Positions 12,715 through 26,089 of a DNA stretch of 64,000 nucleotides are shown in pieces. Below the pieces are notes generated by a model. It saw only the letters and a program-made list of their open reading frames with translations, was not told where the DNA came from and made no database searches. Position numbers and translations under genes: made by a program. Every line of letters begins with the position of its first letter. Positions within the stretch are counted from its first letter, which is position 1. Origin of the DNA: Eledone cirrhosa (lineage: Eukaryota); NCBI GenBank assembly GCA_964016885.1, contig OZ024741.1:274970001-275034000 (forward strand), written 5' to 3'.

Positions 12715-13187
12715 TTCTCTTCGGCCAATCCCTCATCAACTTCAAGTTTCACCTGGAAAGGAAGATGGGGTGGCGAGAGAAGTGCTGCCCCCAGTACATT
12801 TGCTAAAAGGTGGATGAATGTGGCGAGAATAGCCCGTGTGAGTGGGCCTACTCTGAACATGTGCCTATAGGCTGGCTAATTTGATGAGGAGAGGGGTGCT
12901 CTCCCCGGGTGTCCTAGTAGCGCAGGGTGGTTCAGGATTGGTGGGGTACCTGAGTCATCCCTGGGTTGTCCATCCCCCTATTGGGGAATTTATTTTGTTA
13001 TATTTATGCATAGTTTATTTTATATTTTTTATATCTTCATTGTTAAATTAGTCTTGCCATTGTGAATTTTTACTCGACCTTATTGTAAACCCCCACTGTC
13101 CCTGTCTTTGTATTGTCCCCTACATGTCGGCCCCTGTGATCAATAAATGAAATCATTATTATTATTATTGTTGTTGTTGTTGTTGTT
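12715..13187 (+). mobile_element. Tx1 copy 5 (second subfamily), heavily 5'-truncated
   Basis: Near-identical to 6444-6890; AATAAA ~13142; ATT/GTT tail. Confidence 0.9.
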
Positions 13188-13199
13188 TTTGCTGCTGTC

Positions 13200-15095
13200 A
13201 TCAAAAAATGATAGGTTGTTTAAAGATAACTTAGAGATATTGATGAAATGGTAAGAGCTGGGACACTTTTCATCATAAATTCACTGGATTACGGATGACT
13301 CGTGGTTAAACAACAAGGAAGTAAACATTATATAATGTAGTCTTAGATAAACTATGTTTCAATAAAAGGCAGGATGGTAAGAGCTAGCAAATCTTTGGTC
13401 CGAAAAATATACTGGATGGATCAGGGTTATCCTTGGACTAAATAACAGCCACAAGGAAGAAAGAGTACATTATATAATGTAATCCAAGGTACACTAGGAC
13501 TGAATAAAAAATGATACGATGATTACACTCCAATCATAGGTTTTCTGAATTATTTGATCTGGACTTAAACAACATAGGACACATTAGATAATGTACTTCT
13601 AGATACACTATGTCTGAATAAAAGACAGGATGGTCACAGCTGGAACATTTTTGATCTATAAGTCTATTGGTTCAAAGTTGACCTGAGTAAAACAGGACGC
13701 ATTGAATAATGTACTCCTAGATACACTATGTCTGAATAAAAGACAGGATGGTCACAGTTGGAACATCTTTGATCTATCGGTCTATTGGTTCAAGGTGGAC
13801 CTAAGACAATATAGGACACACTAGAAAATGTACTCATAGATACACTACAGTATATATCTATCTAAGGCGGGTAAAATTCCCGAGATCCATTGACGAGTTC
13901 TCTCCAGCGGTCTCTGTCCCTCATTATCGCTGCCATGTCCTGCGTCTCCAACAAACCAGTGTCTGTCCTTAGGGCATCAACATACGTTAACCTTGGTCTT
14001 CCTCTTCTAGTGTGTCCATGTAGGGGCTCCCACAGGAGCACTGAGTGCAATGTCAACTTTTTATCATCGTAGTGGACTATTGTATGCGCCTTGCACTGGA
14101 GAAACACCAGGGCTCTGGCTTTACTGTAGCACCGGCTCAGAGCAGGAGAGTTAGGGCGAAAAAGGTATCGGATGCTGAATTTGCCGACGACATAGTTTTG
14201 GTGACAAATACAGTGAAGGAGGCAGAGGATTTGATGCGGGAGGTTGAGACTGTGTCGATGAGTGTGGGGCTGAGAATGAATGAGACTAAAACAAAATAGA
14301 TACACTATGTCTGAATAAAAAGTAAGATGGCCACAGTTGGAACATCTTTGACCACAGGTCTATTGGTTCAGAGTTGACGTGATTAAAACATAGGACACAT
14401 TAGATAATGTACTCCTAGATACAATATATCTCAATAATACACAACTAGAACATATTTGCTCAATTAGAACTGACTTATAACAAAACAAGACAAGGAAGGG
14501 CACATTACAAAAGGTACTCCTAGGTACACTATGTCAAAATAAGAGACAGGATGATTACAGTTGTTCTACTGAATCATGGCTAGCCAGTGGTTAAACAACA
14601 ACAAAGAAGCACACATTACATAATGTAATCCTAGATACATTGAACCTGAATAAGGTCACACTAGAAAATGTAGTCCTAGATGCAGTATGAACAAATAAAA
14701 GAAAAGATGATCACAGTTTAAACATTTTGATCATAGGTTTACCGTATCAGGACTGATATGAGACAAAACAACACCAACAGTTAGGAAGGTGACATTAGAA
14801 AATGTAGTCCTAGATACACTATGTCAAAATAAAAGACGAGATGGTCACAGTTTGAACATTTTGATCATGGGTTTACTGTATATGGGCTGATATGAGACAA
14901 AACAACACCACCAACAACCAAGGACACACTAGAAAATGTACTCCTAGCTACACAATGTCTACATAAAAGACAGGATGTTTACAGCTGGAAGACCTTTGAT
15001 GATAGGTCTATCGACTAAACAACAAGTGTGACGAAAGGCACATTAGATAATACACTCCTAGATACACTATGACTGAATATAATACGGAACGATCA
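13200..15095. repeat. Diverged ~120-bp tandem satellite
   Basis: Recurring ggacacattagataatgtactcctagatacactatgtctgaataaaagacaggatggtcacagttggaacat unit. Confidence 0.85.
13848..14295 (-). mobile_element. RTE-type LINE insertion with inverted 5' segment and 12-bp TSD
   Basis: Minus strand LWEPLHGHTRRGRPRLTYVD...RDRDRWRELV C-terminus (13862-14046); plus strand LFIIVVDY...EFADDIVL...GLRMNETKTK (14053-14295); TSD atagatacacta at 13836-13847 and 14296-14307. Confidence 0.88.
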
Positions 15096-15650
15096 TGGGT
15101 TTCTGCTCCTTACACGTTTAATCTATTTTGGTCCAATATGCAATCACATCATTTTAACATCAAGATTTTAGAAACACCTTAAGTCAGCTGACATTGTATA
15201 TATGTGTGTATATATACCTGAAATGGGAAAAAACCGTTTTGTAAAAAGAGCTATACTTGAGCTCGTGCATAAGCATGTGTGTCTGTGTGTGTGTATGTGT
15301 CTGTGTTATTATATGTCCGTACGAAGCTAAGAAGAAATGTGTGTGTATATATAAGTAAAAGAGTGTGTGGGCATGTAACTACGAAGCTATGAGCAAAAGT
15401 ATGTTAACATAAGGGTGTGTGTGTGTGTGTATAGAGAGCTGTAAAGGGAAAAGTGGTGTGAGCATATATAGTCGGCATGTATTAGTTGTAATTAATGATC
15501 ATGAGAGAGCGATAGGAATCTAGGGGTTATTGTACAAGCGCGTGTGATAATGGACGGGGTATTAAAGAAATTGGGGAGGTGAGTTGAGTCCAAGAGAGGA
15601 ATAGGACCCAAAGCGGTGAATCAGACTCTGTTCAGTCCTGGTGCGCGATG

Positions 15651-16054
15651 TGGAATTTTGTATGTCTAAAGAAATACGGTATGTTTATAAATAAACATTT
15701 AGAAAGCCGTAGCTACGCAAAAATATCAGCAGCTATCGCCACCTGACGGTGACCAGCAGAAGATTATAAGTTGAGCCAACTTGTACAGCTTCATATGCAA
15801 ATGAGATTAATCACCTCATTTACACAGACGAGAAATCTATATATTGTCGCCTGTTATCAAGTCCAGTAGTCGCAAGAGCGGGATGGGGCGTCGTGATGAG
15901 AACCAGTTCCGTTCGAAATGCATCGACGATTGTCACCCTTGCTTCTGCTGGACACCACCAGGTGGCGATAGCTGCCGGTGTTTTTGCGTAGCTATGGCTT
16001 TCTAAATGCTTATCTATAAACATACCGTATTTCTTTAGAAATAGGAAAATCCAA
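15651..16054 (+). mobile_element. Element with ~110-bp inverted arms and an internal hammerhead motif (PLE pseudo-LTR-like)
   Basis: 15651-15762 is the reverse complement of 15942-16054 with mismatches; hammerhead lies just before the right arm. Confidence 0.7.
15889..15928 (+). ncRNA. Minimal type-I hammerhead ribozyme motif with variant core GTGATGA
   Basis: CGTC-GTGATGA-GAAC..GTTC-GAA-ATGCAT-C-GACG. Confidence 0.65.
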
Positions 16055-16288
16055 TACACATCTGTATACAGCTATGCTTGAAGCTAAATTCTAATTCTAT
16101 ATATATATATAGAAATGTGTCTGTGTGTCCTTGTATAGTTTATGTTAGAGTGGGGAATAATCCACTTCTAATTCACAAAGATAATTACATAACAATATTT
16201 CACCGTATATTTAATTAGCTATTAATGAGAGTAGAACTTTATCACATGTGTGTGTACGCTGTACATATTTAAATGCATATTGTACATG

Positions 16289-16319
<31 letters not shown>

Positions 16320-16498
16320 ATACATACATTCATACATATATGTGTGAATATATATGTATTCATGTATATATATATATAAATATATATATATATACATTCA
16401 TACATATGTATGTGTGACTACATATGTATACATGTATATATATATATATATACTATATATACTATATATATACATATACATATACATATATATATATG

Positions 16499-16587
<89 letters not shown>

Positions 16588-16647
16588 ATATATATATATA
16601 TATACGATATATTAACAAATGGAAACTATATTTATAAAACCATATTT

Positions 16648-16710
16648 ATTTCATTATACATATTTCAAGCACAACAAGTTAAATTATGGTGTGCTTTCAT
16701 CAGATAAAAT
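16648..16710 (-). ncRNA. Minimal type-I hammerhead ribozyme (family B)
   Basis: Minus strand ATTTTAT-CTGATGA-AAGCACA..TGTGCTT-GAA-ATATGTAT-A-ATGAAAT. Confidence 0.85.
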
Positions 16711-16980
16711 ATAATATAGATCAGTTTTATAAATAAATATTGACATACCCTTAAAGAATGCGACCATTTCTGTTGGAAGCTCCCCGATATATATATATAT
16801 ATATTTACATGCACACACACACGCGCGGGCTTGCGCGCGCACACATGCATATTTGCTTCACGATGTAGACACAGACGGACTGATTAATTTTTAAATTAAG
16901 ATACAAAATAAATAATACACACATACACATACATACACACACACACACTCCACACACACACACACAAATATTATGTACAT

Positions 16981-17345
<365 letters not shown>

Positions 17346-17577
17346 TATATACATTTTTACAGTCAAAAATATAACTAAAAATATATTTAGCAATACGCAC
17401 ACAAATATATACACATAGACACATGTTATATATATATATATGTAGAAATACATGCTGAGATTTCGGCTAGAATATACACTCGTTACGCTTACAGAGATTG
17501 GATATATACTTCTAATATAGATATTGTACATTCACACACAGAGCTAATTCATTATACATGTATGCATAATATATATA

Positions 17578-17612
<35 letters not shown>

Positions 17613-17825
17613 ATATATATATTCCGTCACTAAGCTAACAGAAGTCCCATGAGCTTTTGATTCCAGATTCAGGCCCGATCAATAGAGATCGAATCTTGAG
17701 CTGATCAATCGCGAAACGATATCCATGGAGTGTAACGTGAAGTTACTGTAGGTTCACCCAGGTGAGCACTCGATGTATAGGTTCACGTCAGTGGCGAGGT
17801 GTAGGGTTAAACAGAGTGTAATATA

Positions 17826-18012
17826 ATCATTGTTTCTACTTTTGGCACAAGGCCAGCAATTACCCAGTACATTACTGGTACTTTATTTTATCGACCCCGT
17901 AAGGATGAAAGGCAAAGTTAACCTCGGCGGGATTTGAATTCAGAATGGCAAGGGCCGTAACTCTATGCGTCAAAGCATGGCGTCCGACCCTCTACCGATA
18001 CTGCCAATCCAC
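17826..18012 (-). mobile_element. tRNA-derived SINE, full length
   Basis: Reverse complement of the 35776 copy including A and B boxes. Confidence 0.88.
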
Positions 18013-18290
18013 GGACGATTGTTAAGCCTTCATTACGGTTATTGATTGGTGACGTGCGTTTCGCTATTGATCAGCTCAAGGTTCGATCTATATTGATCTG
18101 GCCCGACTTTGGAATTAAAAGCTCGTCGGACCTCTGCTCTTGTAATGCTGTAGCAATGCTGTCGTCATTATAGCAGCAGAGGTCCGACGAGCTTTTGATT
18201 CCAAAGTCTGGCCAGATCGAACCTTGAGCTGATCAATAGCGAAACGCGCGTCACCAATCAATAAAAGTAATGAAGGCTTAACATATCGTT
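18013..18290. mobile_element. Fold-back family D palindrome with two divergent hammerheads
   Basis: 18013-18137 is the reverse complement of ~18176-18290; other copies at 17625-17720, 30652-30734 and 49620-49770. Confidence 0.8.
18181..18255 (+). ncRNA. Type-I hammerhead motif, CCGACGA core, long stem II (mirror copy at 18048-18132 on minus strand)
   Basis: GGT-CCGACGA-GCTTTTGAT...ATCAATAGC-GAA-ACGCGCGT-C-ACC. Confidence 0.75.
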
Positions 18291-18304
18291 CTTGTATTAT
18301 TATA

Positions 18305-18495
18305 TGGTGAGTTGGCAGCATCGGTAGAGCGTCAGACACCATGCTTTACAGCATAGAGTTATGGCCCTTTACGTTCTGAGTTCAAATCTCGCCGAGGTTA
18401 ACTTTCCCTTTCATCCTTACGGGGTCGATAAAATAAAGTACCAGTAATGCTCTGGTAAATTGCTGGCCTAGTGCCTAAAGTAGAAACAATTATTA
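18305..18495 (+). mobile_element. tRNA-derived SINE, full length
   Basis: A box tggcagcatcgg, B box gagttcaaatctc, tail aaacaattatt; probable TSD attattata. Confidence 0.88.
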
Positions 18496-18496
18496 T

Positions 18497-18608
18497 ACAT
18501 CACGCTGAATACACCGGTTCTCGTCCGATCACCGAAGTTAAGCAACGTCGAGCCTACTTAGTACTTACATAGGTGACCGCTTGGCAAATCTAGGTACTGT
18601 AAGCATTT
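18497..18608 (+). pseudogene. 5S rRNA pseudogene lacking the first ~11 nt
   Basis: atcacgctgaatacaccggttctcgtccgatcaccgaagttaagcaacgtcgagcc...tagtactt...gtgaccgc...ctgtaagcattt. Confidence 0.85.
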
Positions 18609-18650
18609 CTTATATATATATGTATGTATGTGTGTGTGTGTGTGTATTCG

Positions 18651-18695
<45 letters not shown>

Positions 18696-18722
18696 GTATA
18701 CGTATATATATATATATATATA

Positions 18723-18861
18723 TAGGGTAGTAGAGTGGGTAATAGGAAGAGGTATGACCCCGACGGCAGAGCTCAAGCCGTTTCGATGGCTATTTCTGGA
18801 CTTTGAGTCCAGAAATAGCCGTCGAAACGGCTTGAGCTCTGCCGTCAGGGTCATACCTCTT

Positions 18862-18866
<5 letters not shown>
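18723..18866 (-). mobile_element. Fold-back family A copy
   Basis: ~60-bp arms centred on ctggactttgagtccag; partial tail on the left. Confidence 0.8.
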
Positions 18867-18906
<40 letters not shown>

Positions 18907-19389
18907 GTGTGTGTGCGTATATATATATACATATATACCGGTGTACTTGTTGGTTCATGTGTGTGTGAGTGTGTTTTCATGACATTGTATACATGTGTCT
19001 ACGTGTGTGTACATGAATTTGCATATGTGTGTACATATGTGTCAACGTGTTTGTATATGCATGTGTGTGTTTGTACATGAGTCTGTATAATGTATGTATG
19101 TTTAGGTGTGTCGGCATGTTTGTATGTGTGTGCACATAGTGTGTGTGTGTGACGTTTGTGTGTGTATGTGTGTGTTTGTACATGAGTTTGTATACACGTG
19201 TATTTGATTGTGTGCATTTCTGTATATATGTGTGTACCTGTTTGTGTGTGTACGTATGTGTGTATGCGTATGCTGTTTATCTTTGTGTAGGCATATATAT
19301 GTATTTATGAATGTTTGTATATATGTATGTATGTATATACGTGTGTGTGTATATATACACGTGTGTGTGTGTATACATGTCTATTTATA

Positions 19390-20030
19390 AGTGTCCGTTT
19401 GTGTATGTGTGTATGTATGTATATGTTTGTATATGTATAAGTTTGTGTATGTATATGTTTGTATATGTATAAGTTTGTGTATGTATATGTTTGTGTATGT
19501 ATGTGTGTATATGTATATGTGTGTGTATGTATGTGTATGTATGTGTGTATGTATGTATATGTGTGTGTGTATATGTCTGTGTGTGTATATATTTGTGTAT
19601 GTATATGTTTGTGTGTGTATATGTTTGTGTATGTATATGTGTGTGTGTATGTATATGTTTGTGTATGTATATGTGTGTATGTATATATGTGTGTATGTAT
19701 ATGTGTATGTATGTATATGTTTGTGTATGTATATGTGTGTGTATGTATATGTTTGTGTATGTATATGTGTGTATGTATATATGTGTGTATGTATATGTGT
19801 ATGTATGTATATGTTTGTGTATGTATATGTTTGTGTATGTATATGTGTGTGTATGTATGTGTATGTATGTGTGTGTATGTATATGTGTGTGTATGTATAT
19901 GTTTGTGTATGTATATCTGTGTGTGTATATGTTTGTGTATGTATATGTTTGTGTGTGTATATGTTTGTGTATGCATATGTTTGTGTGTGTATATGTTTGT
20001 GTGTGTATATGTTGGTGTACATGTAAAAAA
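19390..20030. repeat. Compound TG/TATG simple repeat
   Basis: Recurring gtgtatgtatatgttt-type units. Confidence 0.9.
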
Positions 20031-20103
20031 GTTTCTGTGTGTACATGTTTGTGTATATGTATAAGTTTGTGCGTGTATGTATGTGTTTGAGTGTGTATAT
20101 ATA

Positions 20104-20181
20104 CACAGTGTCGCAAAAAGTGTATATATACTTTGATTAGAATGATGTTGAAGTGTGTATACATTTTTGGGGGGCATCCTG
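20104..20181. mobile_element. Tc1/mariner-like short MITE (degenerate)
   Basis: Inverted ends cacagtgtcgcaaaaagtgtata / tatacatttttggggggcatcctg; reverse-oriented relative at 60049-60126. Confidence 0.55.
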
Positions 20182-20224
20182 TGTATATATATATATGTAT
20201 ATATATACATACTCACTCACACAG

Positions 20225-20258
<34 letters not shown>

Positions 20259-21081
20259 GCACGCACACACGTGTATTTATGTGCGTTTGTGTGTATATAT
20301 ATATGTGTGTGTGTGAGTGTGTATGTATATAAATATATATATATATAAATATGCGTGTGTGTGTGTGTGTTTATGTGTGTGTGTCTGTGTGAGTGTATAT
20401 GTATATATATATATGTGTGTTTATGTGTGTGCGTGTGTGTGTATATATATATATATATATATGTGTGTGAGTGTGTATGTATATATATGTGTGTAATTGA
20501 GTGTGTATGTATATATATGAGTGTGTGTGTAAGTCTGTATATATATATGTGTGTGTGTGTGTGAGAGTGTGTATGTATATATATATATGTGTGTGTGTAA
20601 GTGTCTATGTATATATATGTGTGTGTGTGTATCTAAGTGTGTGTATCTAAGTGTGTATGTATATATATATGTGTGTGTGTGTGTGTTTATACATGACGCC
20701 TGTCAAGGATTGTAAAGCCGAGAACTCTAGGAAGAGGTAAGTTAGGTGAGGAATGGTGAGAGTTATAGAAGTTAGAGAGGGTAGGGTGAGAGTTGAAGTG
20801 AGAGGAGGAGGATGAGGAGAATGGGAGATGGTTAAAGGTATAGGGAGGAAGAGAGTGGGGGGAGGTGAGAGATAGTAAGACAAAATGAAGGGGACAATGG
20901 GAAGAATTAGGAAATGACAGATAGAAGATAGATAGACAGATGTGAAGAAGAAACGAGAGAGTTACAGAGTTAGATAGGTAGATATAGATAGATAGAGAGA
21001 GAGAGATAGAGAGAGATATACATTCACAAACACACACACATACACATATATATATGTATATATGTATATATATACTTATAT

Positions 21082-21139
<58 letters not shown>

Positions 21140-21471
21140 CGAAGTGTATAAAAAGAGGGAGAAAGAAAAAGAAAAAATACAAAGACAGCATTGAGAGGGG
21201 GAGAAATAGAGAGACTCACAGAGAAAGGTAGAGAGTGAGAGGGAGTTAGAAAGAAAGGTAGAAACAGGGGTAGAGAGAGATGAAGAGTGAGTTAGAGAGA
21301 GGGGGAGAGTGAGAGAGAGAGAGAAAGAGTAAAAGAGAGCGGAAGAGAGAAAGAAAGAGCTAAAGATAGATAGAGAGAGGTTCATACAACGAGAGAGAGA
21401 GGGGGAATGGAAGAGAAAAAGAGAGAGCTACAGAGAAAGATAGTCAGAGAGAGGTTTATACAAAGAGGGAG

Positions 21472-21557
<86 letters not shown>

Positions 21558-22395
21558 TAAGAAAGAAAAAGATAGATAGAATGATAGACAGAGAGAGAAA
21601 TTGGAGAGAGTGAGAGAGAGACAGAAAAACAAAAAATAAGGGAGAGAGAGGGAGAGAGAGAGAAAGAGAGAGAGAGAGAAATACTTAAAGAAAATAAAAA
21701 GATAGACAGCATGATAGGCAGAGAGAGAAGTATATATATAGGGATAAGTTGCGGTGTGAGTATGGGGTTCTGAAGGAGTAAGAGTGGTAGCTAGTGCTAA
21801 TGATAGTGAGGGTGTGTGTGTAAGTGTGCGTGTGAGTGTGAGTGACAGTGAGAGAGTGTTGTTATAGTGAAGCAGTCGTCGTCCAGTTGTTGAGATCACT
21901 GCGAAGCAGCTGTGTCAGGATTTACTGGAGGAGGAGAGATACAAACAGACACAGTGAGAGAAAAGAGAGAGAGAGAGGAGACTGGTCAAGCCTGGGACTA
22001 CAACCACTGATAGAGGTGAGTGTTGGCGGGGGGGTAGGGCACGGATGGAACGGAGCGCGACAACTTCTGCTTTTTATACATACATCTTGCACATATATAT
22101 ATATATATATATATTTATTTACATAATATATATATAATATATATATAGAGAGATATATAGATATATATATATGTATGTATGCATTTATATATATATATAT
22201 ATCCTTAAACATATACACACAGACAAACGCGTGCATATATACACACACACACTTTATGTTTGTGTATGTATATATATATATATAATATATGATATAATAT
22301 ATATCGATACACATACACACACAGACTTATATATAGTTTAGGGATTGTAACGTCAAGTTACTGTTGGTTCACCAACACATAATATATACACACAC

Positions 22396-22431
<36 letters not shown>

Positions 22432-22441
22432 TGTATATATG

Positions 22442-22472
<31 letters not shown>

Positions 22473-22734
22473 CTGTGTGTGTGAGTGTGCGTGTATATAT
22501 ATATATGTGTGTGTATATACTTATATATGTATATATATATGTATATATATACATGTATATATATACAATGATATATATATATGTGTGTGTCTGTGTGTGT
22601 ACATACACACACAGACACACACACATATATATATCATTGTAAATATACATGTATATATATACATATATATATATATACATATATAAGTATACACACTCAT
22701 ATATATATATATACATATATAAGTATACACACTC

Positions 22735-22769
<35 letters not shown>

Positions 22770-23101
22770 CATGTATATATATACAATGATATATATATAT
22801 ATGTGTGTGTGTCTGTGTGTGTACATACACACACATATGCATAAACACACACATACACACACACATACACAGATGTTTTGATTAAGAAGTTCGCTTCACA
22901 ACCACGTGGATCTCTGTTCCAGCCTGCTCCACATTATATGTCATGTACCATATGATATTCTACATACATATATACATATATATATATACAATGATATTAA
23001 ATAAATGGAAATATTTACTCCAGAAAGCTGTCGAGTGCTCTGAATCAGTTATAAACATTTATATTTGTTGATTTTCCAACAAATTAAATATCCCTTCTAC
23101 T

Positions 23102-23134
<33 letters not shown>

Positions 23135-23737
23135 GTATGTGTGTTTGTGTATCTATATGTGTGTCTGTCTATATGTGTTTGTGTGTGTCTATCTGTATAT
23201 GTGTGTGTCAGTGTATGTGTCTGTATGTATGTGTATGCGTGTGTCAGTGTATGTGTCTGTATGTATGTGTATGCGTGTGTCAGTGTATGTGTCTGTATGT
23301 ATGTGTATGTGTGTGTCAGTGTATGTGTATGTGTGTGTCAGTGTATGTGTCTGTATGTATGTGTATGTGTGTGTCAGTGTATGTTTCTGTCTATATGTGT
23401 GTGTCTATATATGTGCGTCTGTCTGTATGTGTATGTGTGTGTCTATATATGTGTCTGTCTGTGTGTGTCAGTATGTGAGTATGTCTGTAGGTGTGTGTGT
23501 CTGTCTGTATGTGTGTGTGTCTATATATGTGTATATCTGTATGTGTGCGTCTGTCTCTGTATGTGTATGTTATTATGTGTGTGTCGCTGTGTGTGTGTGT
23601 GTGTGTCTATATGTGTGGCTGTATGTGTGTAAGTCTCCTTATGTGTGCGTGTACGTGTGTGTCCATATGTGTGTGTGTGTGTCTCTGTATGAGTATGACT
23701 GTCTATATATGTCCGTCTGTGTGTGTGTGTGTGTGTC

Positions 23738-23834
<97 letters not shown>

Positions 23835-23957
23835 ATGTTTATGGTCTAAACACCGGTGTGTTTATGTTGTGTCTTTCTCTGTCCCGCCATCAAACTCCTG
23901 ACACCAAATATACATCGATTGAATAAGTACTGGAGTTCATACGGCGATCTCAAACCC

Positions 23958-24053
<96 letters not shown>

Positions 24054-24182
24054 CTTCCTGATGATTTCTCACGAATTGAACAGTTCTAGTCCTGTAGAAG
24101 CTTTTTCAATATTAAACATTTATACTCTGCTATGTATTGAGTACCTTACTTACTGTGGTTAGCCCCGATTGAACCCGGAATA

Positions 24183-24220
<38 letters not shown>

Positions 24221-24359
24221 TATATGTATTATGTTATTATTTCTGGCAATATTACAACAATATGACCCTCCCCAAGTATAACAATATTTGTTTCGTCACA
24301 CGATTTCATATCAAAAACCTTGCAAAACAAATATATATATATACATTTATATATATATA

Positions 24360-24425
<66 letters not shown>

Positions 24426-24497
24426 CCCACTCTCAAGAGCGTGAAACTAATAAACATTTATTCGTACTGCCTCTCTGTTTTGTTCCCCATCAATTTT

Positions 24498-24530
<33 letters not shown>

Positions 24531-24535
<5 letters not shown>

Positions 24536-24750
24536 AACGAGTAGGACCCCGACGGCCGAGCTCAAGCCCTTTCGACGCCTAATTCTGGACTAAAATGATT
24601 TAGTCCAGATTTTAGTCCAGAATTAGCCGTCGAAACGGCTTGAGCTCGGCCGTCGGGGTCCTACTTGTTCCTATTACCCACTCTACTACCCTAAGTATTG
24701 AGTACTTTGGTGCGTTATGGTCCACCTAGTTCCTTACCACATTTCCTTCG

Positions 24751-24753
<3 letters not shown>
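24531..24753 (+). mobile_element. Fold-back family A copy
   Basis: Arms ataggaacgagtaggacccc... / ...ggggtcctacttgttcctat plus tail, flanked by (TA)n. Confidence 0.8.
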
Positions 24754-24809
<56 letters not shown>

Positions 24810-24967
24810 GTTTCTACGGGACTAGAACTGTTTCATTCGTGAAAAATCACGAAAGAACGAGTGTATTCTGTTATTATTTCGGGCAATATTATAACAATAT
24901 GACCCTCCCCAAGTATAACAATATATATATGTATATATATATATATGTGTGTGTGTGAACGGTATTC

Positions 24968-25013
24968 ACACCTGAAGAGGATCCAGTTAGGTCTGAAAAT
25001 CGATTAAAGGTGT
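24968..25013 (+). ncRNA. Possible hammerhead motif (imperfect stem I)
   Basis: CTGAAGA-GGATC..GGTCT-GAA-AATCGATT-A; stem I needs a 3-nt bulge. Confidence 0.4.
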
Positions 25014-26089
25014 TTATCGTGTTTTCAAATCAAGTTTCTTTTACAGTTATAAGTATGTATATGTATATATACTTGTACATATACATACATACATACATAA
25101 GTGCATGCATACATACGTGCATGCATACATACATATATACATATATACATACATATATACATATATACATGCATATATACATATATACATGCATATATAT
25201 ATATATATGGTGGCTGTCAACTCGTTTTCGAGTACGGCCACTACTTTATATCCATGTAGGAGAACCCCTACTGATGCGCTGAACAAGTGTGACTTTTTAG
25301 TCCAGCCAGCGACTTGAAAACTCTGGTACAAACACTACACTTGTGACAATTATTGACACATAGGGCTGGGCCCTTGGTACCATGTGACAAGTGCAGAGAG
25401 ATCTCCAGATATAAAGCAATGCCTGTGCCGTGAAGCTTTTATAGTGAGCAAAGGCACTGCACAAAGCCAGTCCCACTCTCTTAACCAAGATGATATTTAC
25501 CAAAAAGAAGAACAAGTCAACATCATTGGATACCATCAGGGTTGCAGGTGTTATATCAGAGTTTTCCTTCTCCTAGTACGTACATACATATATGCATACA
25601 TATATACAAGTACATGTATGTTTACGCATACACGGACGTGAGAATTACGCGTTCACTCGAGCCAATGTGGTTGAGTGTGTATGTGGTCATCGCTAGAAAT
25701 GACAGCCAAATCACCCTCATATCACACTGCACCGTCATAAATATAAGGATTGGTTACACTTTTGATCATAGGTCGGCCCGGTCAAGACCGACCTCGGGCT
25801 AAACAACAACAAACACACATGTCAACACTCTGACACCAGCATGAACACCACCACTTCATCGCACTGGCGATGAGATAGTTGTTGTTGTTGTTGGTGTTGC
25901 TGTGGTCAATGTGGTTGTTGTGATGATGGTCGTAGTGTTGGTGGAGGTGGTTGTTGTTGTTGTTGAGGTGGTGGTGGTGGTAGTTGTTGAGGTTGTTGTG
26001 GTGGTGGTGGTGGTTGTTGTTATTGTGGTGGTGATTGTGATTGTTGTAGCGGTTGTTGTTGTGGTTGTGGTGGTGGTGGTGGTGGTTGT

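Noticed and set aside
24055-24090. CTGATGA as a hammerhead core
   Set aside because: No GAAA and no convincing stems I or III downstream
25210-25570. Possible exon or TE coding fragment
   Set aside because: No recognisable protein motif or clear splice sites
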